From positions 1,536,001 to 1,600,000 of the forward strand of contig OZ245033.1 of assembly GCA_965224025.1 (NCBI GenBank): 64,000 nt of DNA, written 5' to 3'. Shown here in pieces: positions 56,397 to 64,000 of the stretch (position 1 is its first letter; every line of letters begins with the position of its first letter). This DNA is from Candidatus Multivorans sp. GTDB taxonomy: Bacteria; Acidobacteriota; Thermoanaerobaculia; Multivoradales; Multivoraceae. The position numbers and the translations under genes were made by a program. The notes beneath the pieces were generated by a model that saw nothing but the letters and a program-made list of their open reading frames with translations, was not told the origin of the DNA and did no database searches.

Positions 56397-58691
56397 CTAG
56401 AGGTCCAGCTTGAGACCGACGACGAGACTGCGCGGAAACCTCGGCCCGTAGACGTAGCTTGGATCCCGAAACGGCCCCCGGTCCAGGTCGCGCTGGTATT
56501 CGTCGGTCAGGTTCTTGACCGCCAGCGTGCCGGTGATTCGCCGGTCGCCGCCGAGAGCGAACCGCCGGGACAACCCGAGGTCCCAGGTCAGGAAGCTGGA
56601 GGTGACTTCGAGTCGATCCTCAGGGATGTAGCCGGCATAGTGGGGCGCCAGCATCGATCCCGTGTAGCGGAGCCCAGCGAACAGGGTGAAGTCGCGCGGC
56701 AACGGCCACTGCACGCTCGCCGTGCCGTAGCGCTCCGGCGTCCGGAACATGCGCCTACTGCCGAAGTCGGGCTCCGCGTGACCGAACTCGGCCCGCTGCC
56801 AGACGTAGCCCGCGTCCAGCGTGAGACCGCCACGCCGGAGACCCCAACCTATCTCCACGCCTCGTACCCGCGCACGGCCGAAGTTGGTGCGCAGGAACTC
56901 GAGTTCCGGCGTCGCCGGATCGTCGGCCTCCAGGCTGTGGAAGAGGTCTTCGATCCGGGTATCGAAGAACGTCGAGTCGATCGCCATCGAGGTGCGGCGG
57001 CCGACTGTCGGCCGCCATTCGAGGCTCACCATGCGCGCCGCGGACGTCTCTTCACGTAAACCGGGATCGTCGCGCACCACCATCGCCTCGCCGCCCAGGA
57101 GGGCGATGTGGAGCTGCTCGTCGAACACGGAAGGCGGACGGAAACCGGCGGCGTGCGAAGCGCGCAGGGTCAGATCGCTTCGAGGGCTCCACATCAACGC
57201 CGCCCGCGGCGACACGATCGTTCTCGGGACCGCGCTGTGCCGGTCCGCGCGCGCGCCGTAGAGCAGGGTCAGCCCGTCGCCGATCCTCCGGTCATCCTGA
57301 ATGAAAGCCGAAGTCGCGCGGTAGGTCTCGCGGATGGTCCGCCGGTAAGCTGGCTGGCGGTCGTCGATCACGTCGTGGGAGGCCTGCAGACCGAAGCTGA
57401 GCGTGCCGGCGCCGCCCCCGCGGTTGACGTGGGAATCGAAGATCCAGAGCGGGTTGCGGGTCCAGCCGAAGGCGCCCGCGTCGCCGCCGGCCCCGTAGTA
57501 GCTGGCGCGCTCGGTCGCCGCGTGGGACGCCGTGGCGCGCCAGTCCCAGAGTGGCGACACCGTGTGCAGCCAGGAGACGCCGGCACCGCTGCGCCGGGAG
57601 TGCAACTGCTCCGCGACCTGCGCCTGCTGCGGCGGAAGATGCACCTGGTCGCCGCCACGGCGGAACTCAGCCGTATGGCTGACGTCCGCCGCGAGCCTCG
57701 CGGCGCCACCTAGGAAGAACTCGTGGTAGCGCGCGCCGACCACGTCGAGATTGCGGATCGATATCTCGCTGAAGCCGTCACCGTCCACATCGACCGGCGC
57801 CACGCGGTCGATCTGACCGTAGAACGTCGCCGCGCGGGCTGAGCCGGGCGTCCAGTCCGCGACCAGGCTGTAGGACGGGCTTTCGGCCGTCCCGCCGGCG
57901 CCGCCCATCCGTCCCGAACGGGCATCCACCTCAACGTGGGTGTGGTCGGCGTGATGAGGAATCAGGTTGATCACGCCGGCGACCGCGCCGGCGCCGTACG
58001 CCGGCGAACCGCCGCCCCTGACCACTTCGATGCTGTCGATCAGACGCGCCGGCAACTGCTCGATGCCGTAGACCATCGCCAGGGACGACACGGTGGGCTG
58101 GCCATCGACCAGTAGCTGGGAGTACGGCCCCTCGAGTCCCAAGAGCCGAATCTGCGAGGTGTTGCAGCTCTGGCAGTTCGACTCCACGCGAACACCCCGG
58201 GTCCATTCGACCGCGTCCGCCAGGGTCCGCGCGACGACGCTCTCGATCCGTGAGCGGGACACGGTTTCCACGTGCAGAGGCACGTCGGCGAGGCGCTTCT
58301 CGGTCCGGGTCGCGCTGATGATGACCTCCTCACCGAAGGCGGGCCGAAGCTGAATGTCGACTTCGATCAGGCCCCGGCCCTCGACCCGGAACTCCTGTTC
58401 AGCCAAGCCGTAGCCGTCAGCAAAGACGATCAGCCGATGTTCGCCGGAGGCCACCGGGTGCAGGCAGAACCGGCCATCCTCCGATGTCACCACCGTCAAG
58501 GACGAAGTGGTCAGGGTGACCGCGGCATCAGCCACCGGCCTCCCGGAAAGCGCCCGCACCGTGCCGTGAACTCCACTGTCCTCGGGACAGGCGGCAGCCA
58601 TTGCCCACCCAGCAGGCAACAGCGCCAGCGCTCCGATTGCCACGGCTCCTGCGCCTCGCGGCTTCATCCCGCACCAGGATGTTTTTTCCAT
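56397..58691 (-). CDS. TonB-dependent receptor with N-terminal carboxypeptidase-regulatory-like domain
   Basis: EEVIISATRT TonB box, plug RVESNCQSCN..IRLLGL..LIDSIEVVRGG, C-terminal KNLTD..YVYGPRFPRS..GLKLDL. Confidence 0.92.
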   Translation of the reverse strand: MEKTSWCGMKPRGAGAVAIGALALLPAGWAMAAACPEDSGVHGTVRALSGRPVADAAVTLTTSSLTVVTSEDGRFCLHPVASGEHRLIVFADGYGLAEQEFRVEGRGLIEVDIQLRPAFGEEVIISATRTEKRLADVPLHVETVSRSRIESVVARTLADAVEWTRGVRVESNCQSCNTSQIRLLGLEGPYSQLLVDGQPTVSSLAMVYGIEQLPARLIDSIEVVRGGGSPAYGAGAVAGVINLIPHHADHTHVEVDARSGRMGGAGGTAESPSYSLVADWTPGSARAATFYGQIDRVAPVDVDGDGFSEISIRNLDVVGARYHEFFLGGAARLAADVSHTAEFRRGGDQVHLPPQQAQVAEQLHSRRSGAGVSWLHTVSPLWDWRATASHAATERASYYGAGGDAGAFGWTRNPLWIFDSHVNRGGGAGTLSFGLQASHDVIDDRQPAYRRTIRETYRATSAFIQDDRRIGDGLTLLYGARADRHSAVPRTIVSPRAALMWSPRSDLTLRASHAAGFRPPSVFDEQLHIALLGGEAMVVRDDPGLREETSAARMVSLEWRPTVGRRTSMAIDSTFFDTRIEDLFHSLEADDPATPELEFLRTNFGRARVRGVEIGWGLRRGGLTLDAGYVWQRAEFGHAEPDFGSRRMFRTPERYGTASVQWPLPRDFTLFAGLRYTGSMLAPHYAGYIPEDRLEVTSSFLTWDLGLSRRFALGGDRRITGTLAVKNLTDEYQRDLDRGPFRDPSYVYGPRFPRSLVVGLKLDL

Positions 58692-58698
58692 GCACGCG

Positions 58699-58728
58699 AC
58701 TATAGATTTCGTTTACCCAAAAAGTCAA
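58699..58728 (-). promoter_or_regulatory. sigma70 promoter of the TonB receptor with possible metal-repressor operator
   Basis: TTGACT, 18 bp, TATAGT, 7 nt before ATG; AT-rich imperfect dyad TTTTGGGTAAACGAAAT in the spacer. Confidence 0.6.
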
Positions 58729-58870
58729 TCGCGTTGACCAGAATAACGAGCCCCCTTGACACCGCATCAGGCCAGGACAACAATCTAGCCAGACGAACTG
58801 GCCAGACTGCCGCAAGACCCTTCGCGGGCCCGGCGTCTGGCCCCAGACCCAACCGCACTGGGAGTCGCTC

Positions 58871-59125
58871 ATGACGGTATGGCCACTGCAAGATGCGAAG
58901 AACCGATTCAGCGCCGTGGTGGAGGCGGCGCTGGCGGGTCGCCCTCAACACGTAACCCGTCGCGGAAAGCCCGCGGTCGTCGTTCTCGCCGACGCCGAGT
59001 ACGAGCGGCTCCGCCTCGCGGAGAAGGCGAAGGCGCCGACCTTCGCCGAGCTGCTGCTCGCCATGCCCCAGGACGGTGGCGAGTTCGAACGACTGCCGCT
59101 CAAGCCGCGCGACTTCGATTTCTAA
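58871..59125 (+). CDS. Phd/YefM antitoxin
   Basis: WPLQDAKNRFSAVVEAA..PQHVTRRGKPAVVV. Confidence 0.9.
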   Translation: MTVWPLQDAKNRFSAVVEAALAGRPQHVTRRGKPAVVVLADAEYERLRLAEKAKAPTFAELLLAMPQDGGEFERLPLKPRDFDF

Positions 59126-59535
59126 TGTACCTGGTCGACACCGACGTGCTGTCGGCGTTGCGCCGGCCGGAACGCCACCTTTCCGTCACGCACTGGGTAT
59201 CGGCGCAGAGAAACGAGAACCTCCACCTGAGCGTGATCTCGGTCGGCGAGATCGAGCGAGGTATCGCCACGGCGAAGCGACGCGACCCGCCATTCGCGAG
59301 CGCACTCGAAGCATGGCTTGAGAGTGTGCTCAGACTCTACGGCGACCGAATCCTTCCAATCGACCTTGAGGCGGCCCGGCGCTGGGGGCGCGTCTCACAG
59401 GCGTTCGGCCATCAGGACGCCGATCTCCTGATCGCCGCCACGGCGCTCAGGCATGGCTTGACAGTCGTTACCCGCAACGTGCGGCACTTCGAACCGGCCG
59501 GCGTTCCGGTGCTGAACCCGTACGATCCTCAGTAG
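59125..59535 (+). CDS. vapC: VapC PIN-domain toxin
   Basis: MYLVDTDVLS, SVGEIERG, DLLIAATA, VVTRNVRHF; TAATG coupling to the antitoxin. Confidence 0.9.
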   Translation: MYLVDTDVLSALRRPERHLSVTHWVSAQRNENLHLSVISVGEIERGIATAKRRDPPFASALEAWLESVLRLYGDRILPIDLEAARRWGRVSQAFGHQDADLLIAATALRHGLTVVTRNVRHFEPAGVPVLNPYDPQ

Positions 59536-59542
59536 CGCCGCC

Positions 59543-59917
59543 TCAGCCCGGACCCATACGGAAGAAGCAGAGCTTGTTGCCGTCGAGGTCGCGAACGTAG
59601 GCGCCGTAGAAGGTCGGGAGCCTCTCTCCGGGCGGGCCCTCATCGCTGGCGCCGAGTTCCATCGCCTTGGCGTAGATCTGGTCGACCCTCTCCCTGGAAC
59701 CGGCGGGGATCGCCACCATGTTGCCGTTACCCGGCGCCTGCGGTTCCTTGTTGTAGGGGATGCAGATCGCGAGCATGGGTTGTCCCGGTTCGATGCCGTA
59801 GCCCTTGATCCTCTCCATGCTGAACATCGTCGTTGCGCCCAGCTCGCCGAGCAGCGAATCGTAGAACGCCGTCGCCCGGTTCATGTCGTTCACGCCGATC
59901 GTGCAATAACCCAACAT
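59543..59917 (-). CDS. VOC/glyoxalase family protein
   Basis: YCTIGVND..RATAFYD, GNGNMVA, GASDEGPPG, YVRDLDGNKL. Confidence 0.9.
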   Translation of the reverse strand: MLGYCTIGVNDMNRATAFYDSLLGELGATTMFSMERIKGYGIEPGQPMLAICIPYNKEPQAPGNGNMVAIPAGSRERVDQIYAKAMELGASDEGPPGERLPTFYGAYVRDLDGNKLCFFRMGPG

Positions 59918-60103
59918 CGATATCTCCTCTGGGGCGCCGCCACGACCAGCCGCGACGGGCGGGCAGGAAGATAGCAGCCCAACGCGCCGCCCGGGCGGGC
60001 CACGGACCAGTGCTTTCCGGGGTAGCGTTCCGGATGCCCGCGCTTTGAGGCCTGAAGGGGACGGCGAGGCCCGGTCATCGATCCGCGCCCGCCGGCTGGC
60101 GAC

Positions 60104-61162
60104 TCAGCTCTCTTCGTCCTCGTTGTCCTCGATCAGGTCGGCGCGGCGCAGATCGAGCTTCTCGCCGGTGAAGCTGTCCAGCTTGTAGACCCAGGAGCCG
60201 TGGTACTCGTTGAACTCCTGCATCTCCTCGGCCCGGTTCAGGATGTCCGCCTTCTCCTGGAGTTCCTCGTCCGGTGTATCCCGCTCGATCTCCACCCGCT
60301 GCACCGTGTGGTAGCCGCCGATACGGATGTAGCGATCGTCGTCCCTTGCCGCGACGGACACGATGTAGCCGGATCCATCCTCCAGCCCGTAGCGGAACTC
60401 GTCGGCGAACGAGAGATCCGCCACCTCTTCCGCATCGGCGAGGTACACCTCGGAGAACCGTAGCCGCGACAGGAAGTTCTTCAACCGGCCGACCTCGCTC
60501 GCCTTCTCCCGCTTGCCGCCCGGTACCCGCTCGAGCGCGAGTTCGGCGCCTTCCGCGTCCGCGGTGGCGAAGGTGAAGTCAGGGCCCTCGATGCGAGCCA
60601 CATCGCTCCCTGCAACGTCGACGATCTCCTTCTGCAGGAACTGGTCCGCGGTGCTGTCGATCAGCACGGTCGCCGCGGTCAGGAAGATCGGGTTTTCCTC
60701 GCCATCGAGGCGGCGTACGTAGTTGCCGCTGCCGCCCTCGAACCGGTTGCCTACCCGCAAGCGGACCATGTCGTTGCCGGCGTCGTTCCTGAGCGCGACC
60801 TCGACGGTGTCCTCGCCGGGCGGTTCGATGCCGAGTTCCGCTGCCAAACTCTCACTCGATCCGACTTCCTTCGCCAGTTCGATATCGAGCAGGTTGCGCA
60901 CCAGGCGGTTGACGCCCTCGTTCCGGGCCCGGTAGTCGTGGGACTCCTCAACCACGTACACGTCGCCCTGCCGGCTCAGGGTGACCCGCTCCTCGCCCTG
61001 GATCACTTCGAACTGTGCGATCTCGTCCGGGTTCAGGTTGGGCAGGAACTTCTGGCCGCGCTCGAATCGCTCGGCGCGCGAGACGCTGTTCCAGTAGCTG
61101 AAGATGGAAAGGGCCAGCAGCGCCAAGGCCGCCACCACCAGTCGACGGTTCAACTGACTCAT
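60104..61162 (-). CDS. DUF4340-like membrane-anchored protein
   Basis: N-terminal TM; follows GldG-like and ABC permease genes. Confidence 0.7.
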   Translation of the reverse strand: MSQLNRRLVVAALALLALSIFSYWNSVSRAERFERGQKFLPNLNPDEIAQFEVIQGEERVTLSRQGDVYVVEESHDYRARNEGVNRLVRNLLDIELAKEVGSSESLAAELGIEPPGEDTVEVALRNDAGNDMVRLRVGNRFEGGSGNYVRRLDGEENPIFLTAATVLIDSTADQFLQKEIVDVAGSDVARIEGPDFTFATADAEGAELALERVPGGKREKASEVGRLKNFLSRLRFSEVYLADAEEVADLSFADEFRYGLEDGSGYIVSVAARDDDRYIRIGGYHTVQRVEIERDTPDEELQEKADILNRAEEMQEFNEYHGSWVYKLDSFTGEKLDLRRADLIEDNEDEES

Positions 61163-61174
61163 GCCGATAACTCC

Positions 61175-63343
61175 CTAGCGCCGGCGGGCGCGGTACAGAC
61201 CAATCAGCAGGACGACGATGGGCATCCACCCGATGACGGCGAAGCGCACCATGGACTCCTCACGCTCCAGCGCCTCGCGCCGGCCCTTGCGGATGTCCCG
61301 CAGTTCCCGGTTGGCGTCCAGGATCCGCTCGTTCAACTCGTCGACTTCTTCCTGCAGCTTCCTCTGGAACAGAGCCGCGTCGCGCTGCGTGATCTCACCC
61401 TGCTTCTCCCGGAGCTCCTCCTGGAAGCTGTCGATCTCCTCACGGATCTGCCGCTCCCGGTCGAGGGTATCCAGCTCGGCCTGGGCCTCGATCTCGTCGA
61501 AGCGGAGGAACGGCCGGGTGATGCCGTTCTTGGCCCGAACCGACATGAGGTCCTGGGAACCGAGCAGATAGTCGATGCCGTTGAGGACCACCTTGTGGTT
61601 GTCGTTCGCGGCCTGGACGATCCCGAACGGGTTCTGCAGGAAGGCGATCTGGTCATGGATGAAGTCCACGTCCGCGAACACGACGACCGCCGCCTCCGCC
61701 CGTTCCTCCTCCGGCAGCGGATCGCGGTGGATGATCCGCGCGTCGTCCGGCGGCGGGATCTCGATCTCCGGAGGCAGGTTGGGCGGCCGCTCCGCCTCCT
61801 TGTCCGGGTAGTCGACGCCGTCCGGGAAGGCGGTCGGCAGCTTGCCGCGCACGACGTACGCGAGTGCCAGCGCCTCTTCTCCCGGCGTGAACGTGTCGCG
61901 GAGCTTGGCGCCGTCGTTCAGGTCGGTGTAGGCCAGGCCGTCTCCGCCGCCGAAGCCGGGCAGGACCTCGAGGGTGTTGCCGGACGCCGTGGTCGAAATC
62001 AGGGGCCGCAGTTCGACGCCCACAGGCTGCCCGGCATCGTCCGGGCCACTTTCGCCGCCGTCACCCGGCTCGGCCTCGGCGTCTTCGGCGCCGTCCGCGC
62101 CGGCGCCCAACTCCCGCAGCACGCCGGAGAGGAAGAACCGGGTGTTCGACAGACCCCGCAGCATCGGACTCTCCGCGTCCAGCAGGTCCTCATGCACCGT
62201 GGAGTCGACGTTGAGATCGATGATCACCGACTCCGAGGCGCCGAACTGGCTCATCGGCCGCCGCGCCGCCAGCTCGAAGTCGGCCGCGAACTGGTTGGCC
62301 GGCAGTTCCAGGCCCCAGGCATCGAGCAGCGGCGCCAGGTTGGAGGCCGGCTGGTACTGGAGCGCCATCCAGGGCTGCTGGGGGTTCTGCGGCGGCGTAT
62401 CGCCGAGAGCGTAGGGATCCAGGAAGATCAGCGCATTGCCGCCCGCGGCCACCCACTGGTCGACCGCGAACACCGTCTTGTCGGGCAGCGCCTTCGGATG
62501 AATCACGACCAGAAGGTCGTAGTCGTCACGCAGAATCTCATCCGCGTCGGCCGGAACCTGAGACACGTCGTACAGCTCTTCCAGCACCTGGACCAGGATC
62601 CACTTCCGCGCCGGTGTCCGGCCCTGGGCGGCCAGCATCTGCGCCATCATCGGATCCTGGGCGCCGCCGAAGACCTCCAGGCTCGAGAGAACTCCCACCC
62701 GCTGCCGCGCCGGCCACAGCAGGCCGTGGACCTTCTTCGAGATCTCGTACTCGATGTTCTCCTGCTCCTGCGGCCACAGGAACTCGATCGTCTCCTTGCT
62801 GCCGGTCTGGGTCTCGAGCGCCAGACCGAAGTAGAAGAGATCGCCGTTCTGGTTGATCAGCTTGCCGTCCAGACCGTCCTCGGCGGCACGGTCCGCGTCA
62901 TCGCTGTCGGGAAGCGGATCGATCGTCTCGACGCGGATCTTCCCTGCCGCGGCGCGCTCGTACTCGCCCAGAAGGCTGCGCAGAAAGCGCTCGTAGCCGA
63001 TGAAGTCCTTGACGAACTTTGGCAGCGTCTTGCCCGCCGTCTCGGAAAAGTAGAGGCGGATGTCCAGCGGCTTGACGCCCTCCTCCTGCATGCGATCGAG
63101 GATGGCGTGGGTGCCGTCGGTCAGCGAGTAGAGATCGCCTCCCGTGAGGTCGACGCGCCAGCTCTCCAGCCACTCGTTGGCGACGTGGATCGAAAACACG
63201 GTCAACAGACCGACAAGGACCAGCGTCACCGTCCGGCCCCGCGCCACGGTCATCCCGCGCAGGCCGCGGCCGCCGTCCGGACCGTCTTCCGAGGACGCCG
63301 CTTCCGGCGTCCCGCTCTTGACATCGTTCGGTTCGGAAGTCAT
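61175..63343 (-). CDS. GldG-like ABC transporter auxiliary protein
   Basis: RVDLT..LYSLTDGT, IRLYFS, FYFGL, IEYEIS, LLVVIHP, DQWV..GG, ADVDFI, C-terminal coiled coil and TM. Confidence 0.82.
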   Translation of the reverse strand: MTSEPNDVKSGTPEAASSEDGPDGGRGLRGMTVARGRTVTLVLVGLLTVFSIHVANEWLESWRVDLTGGDLYSLTDGTHAILDRMQEEGVKPLDIRLYFSETAGKTLPKFVKDFIGYERFLRSLLGEYERAAAGKIRVETIDPLPDSDDADRAAEDGLDGKLINQNGDLFYFGLALETQTGSKETIEFLWPQEQENIEYEISKKVHGLLWPARQRVGVLSSLEVFGGAQDPMMAQMLAAQGRTPARKWILVQVLEELYDVSQVPADADEILRDDYDLLVVIHPKALPDKTVFAVDQWVAAGGNALIFLDPYALGDTPPQNPQQPWMALQYQPASNLAPLLDAWGLELPANQFAADFELAARRPMSQFGASESVIIDLNVDSTVHEDLLDAESPMLRGLSNTRFFLSGVLRELGAGADGAEDAEAEPGDGGESGPDDAGQPVGVELRPLISTTASGNTLEVLPGFGGGDGLAYTDLNDGAKLRDTFTPGEEALALAYVVRGKLPTAFPDGVDYPDKEAERPPNLPPEIEIPPPDDARIIHRDPLPEEERAEAAVVVFADVDFIHDQIAFLQNPFGIVQAANDNHKVVLNGIDYLLGSQDLMSVRAKNGITRPFLRFDEIEAQAELDTLDRERQIREEIDSFQEELREKQGEITQRDAALFQRKLQEEVDELNERILDANRELRDIRKGRREALEREESMVRFAVIGWMPIVVLLIGLYRARRR

Positions 63344-63360
63344 CTGCCAAATCCCTCAGT

Positions 63361-63417
63361 TAGTCCTCGCACCCTCAAGTAGTCCTCGCACCCTCAAGAA
63401 ACCCTCGCGCCTTCAAT
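63361..63417. repeat. 19-bp tandem repeat x2 plus a degenerate third copy
   Basis: TAGTCCTCGCACCCTCAAG at 63361-79 and 63380-98; AAACCCTCGCGCCTTCAAT at 63399-417. Confidence 0.9.
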
Positions 63418-64000
63418 TCGACTTGGTCCGGCTGAGCACCAACATGCCGCAGATCAGCCAGCCGACGGTGAACAACACGAAGAACAACAACGAGTTCAAC
63501 TGCAGGAGGCCCCGGGTCAGGGTCTCGAAGTGGTCGAGCAGGCTGAGCGAAGAGACCACCCGCTCGACGTAGCCGCCGAACCACTTGCCCACGAACTCCT
63601 GGGTCTGCGGCACGCCGATCAGCAGGAAACCTACCGAAGCGGCAACCGCGAGGATGAACGCGACGACCTGGTTCTTTGACAGCGCCGAAAACAGGAGGCC
63701 GATCGCCAGCAGCACCGCCGCCGCCAGCAGGGAGGCGACGTAGCTCAGGAATACCGCGCCCCAGTCCGGATCGCCCAGCCGGGCGACCTGGAACACCGCC
63801 GGCCAGGTCAGGAACACGGACACCGCCAGGAAAGCCCAGCCGGCCAGGAACTTGCCGAGGTACGACCCCTCGAGCGTGATCGGCAGGGTCAGCAGCAGCT
63901 CGACGGTCCCGGACCGGCGTTCCTCCGCCCACAGCCGCATCGCCACCGCCGGCACCAGGACGACGAAGATCCAGGGCACGTAGCTGAACAGCGCATCGAG
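63413..64000 (-). CDS. GldF-like ABC-2 permease (5' end outside window)
   Basis: PAVAMRLWAEERRSGTVELLLTLP, GKFLA, SALSKNQVVAFI. Confidence 0.88.
   Translation of the reverse strand, partial: LDALFSYVPWIFVVLVPAVAMRLWAEERRSGTVELLLTLPITLEGSYLGKFLAGWAFLAVSVFLTWPAVFQVARLGDPDWGAVFLSYVASLLAAAVLLAIGLLFSALSKNQVVAFILAVAASVGFLLIGVPQTQEFVGKWFGGYVERVVSSLSLLDHFETLTRGLLQLNSLLFFVLFTVGWLICGMLVLSRTKSN

Noticed and set aside
58709-58716. TCGTTTAC matching the island motif CCTCGTTTAC
   Set aside because: Only 8 bp, in an unrelated promoter context; likely coincidence.
1-64000. Long antisense or overlapping ORFs (e.g. 357-1601, 10332-13253, 47385-50363, 60938-63382)
   Set aside because: Shadow frames of real genes in high-GC DNA; Arg/Pro/Gly-rich with no recognisable motifs.
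1-64000. CRISPR array, DGR, retron or group II intron
   Set aside because: No regularly spaced repeat-spacer array, no cas genes and no reverse-transcriptase motif seen. The duplicated segments (rsmA, 39.9/40.5 kb) do not show adenine-specific variation.

Overview
High-GC (~70%) bacterial chromosome window, probably Acidobacteriota (class Thermoanaerobaculia; inferred from gene content and a C-terminal Cys-containing domain on the PQQ protein, not from a marker gene). 1-26.7 kb is mostly housekeeping: engB, rho, rsmA, ftsK, fmt, rsmB, hup, moaC, namZ-like, serA, rlpA, purB, a broken argF, rdgB and coaE. It also holds a degenerate rsmA duplicate, a truncated ABC-ATPase/TOPRIM-like defence pair and several strongly structured intergenic elements. 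About 26.7-43.3 kb is a decayed mobile island: an rve/IS481-like IS, a DUF4338-ISAs1 fragment, two intact ISL3 elements with 8-bp TSDs, and a 5-kb IS1595 cargo transposon bounded by perfect 27-bp inverted repeats. The two ISL3 elements and the IS1595 element all interrupt one small secreted-protein gene. The island ends with remnants of tandem integrative-mobilisable elements (relaxase fragment, oriT-like site, two tyrosine integrase C-termini). The most striking observation is in the IS1595 element, which carries a beta-class DNA methyltransferase-HNH nuclease fusion. Its likely start codon overlaps the transposase stop (ATGA) and is followed by a (GCCAGCGC)x4 repeat that puts it out of frame; 3 or 6 copies restore the frame. 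This is a candidate transposon-borne phase-variable methylase/nuclease. 43.3-64 kb is core or accessory envelope and redox content: a DUF6644-like pair, DUF885, SGNH, a PVC-type heme/cupredoxin protein, a PQQ dehydrogenase, two PIN toxin-antitoxin pairs, a TonB receptor-TlpA-TPR operon and a Gld-like ABC system. No rRNA, tRNA, CRISPR array or reverse transcriptase was seen. Family names come from motif recognition by eye, with no database searches.
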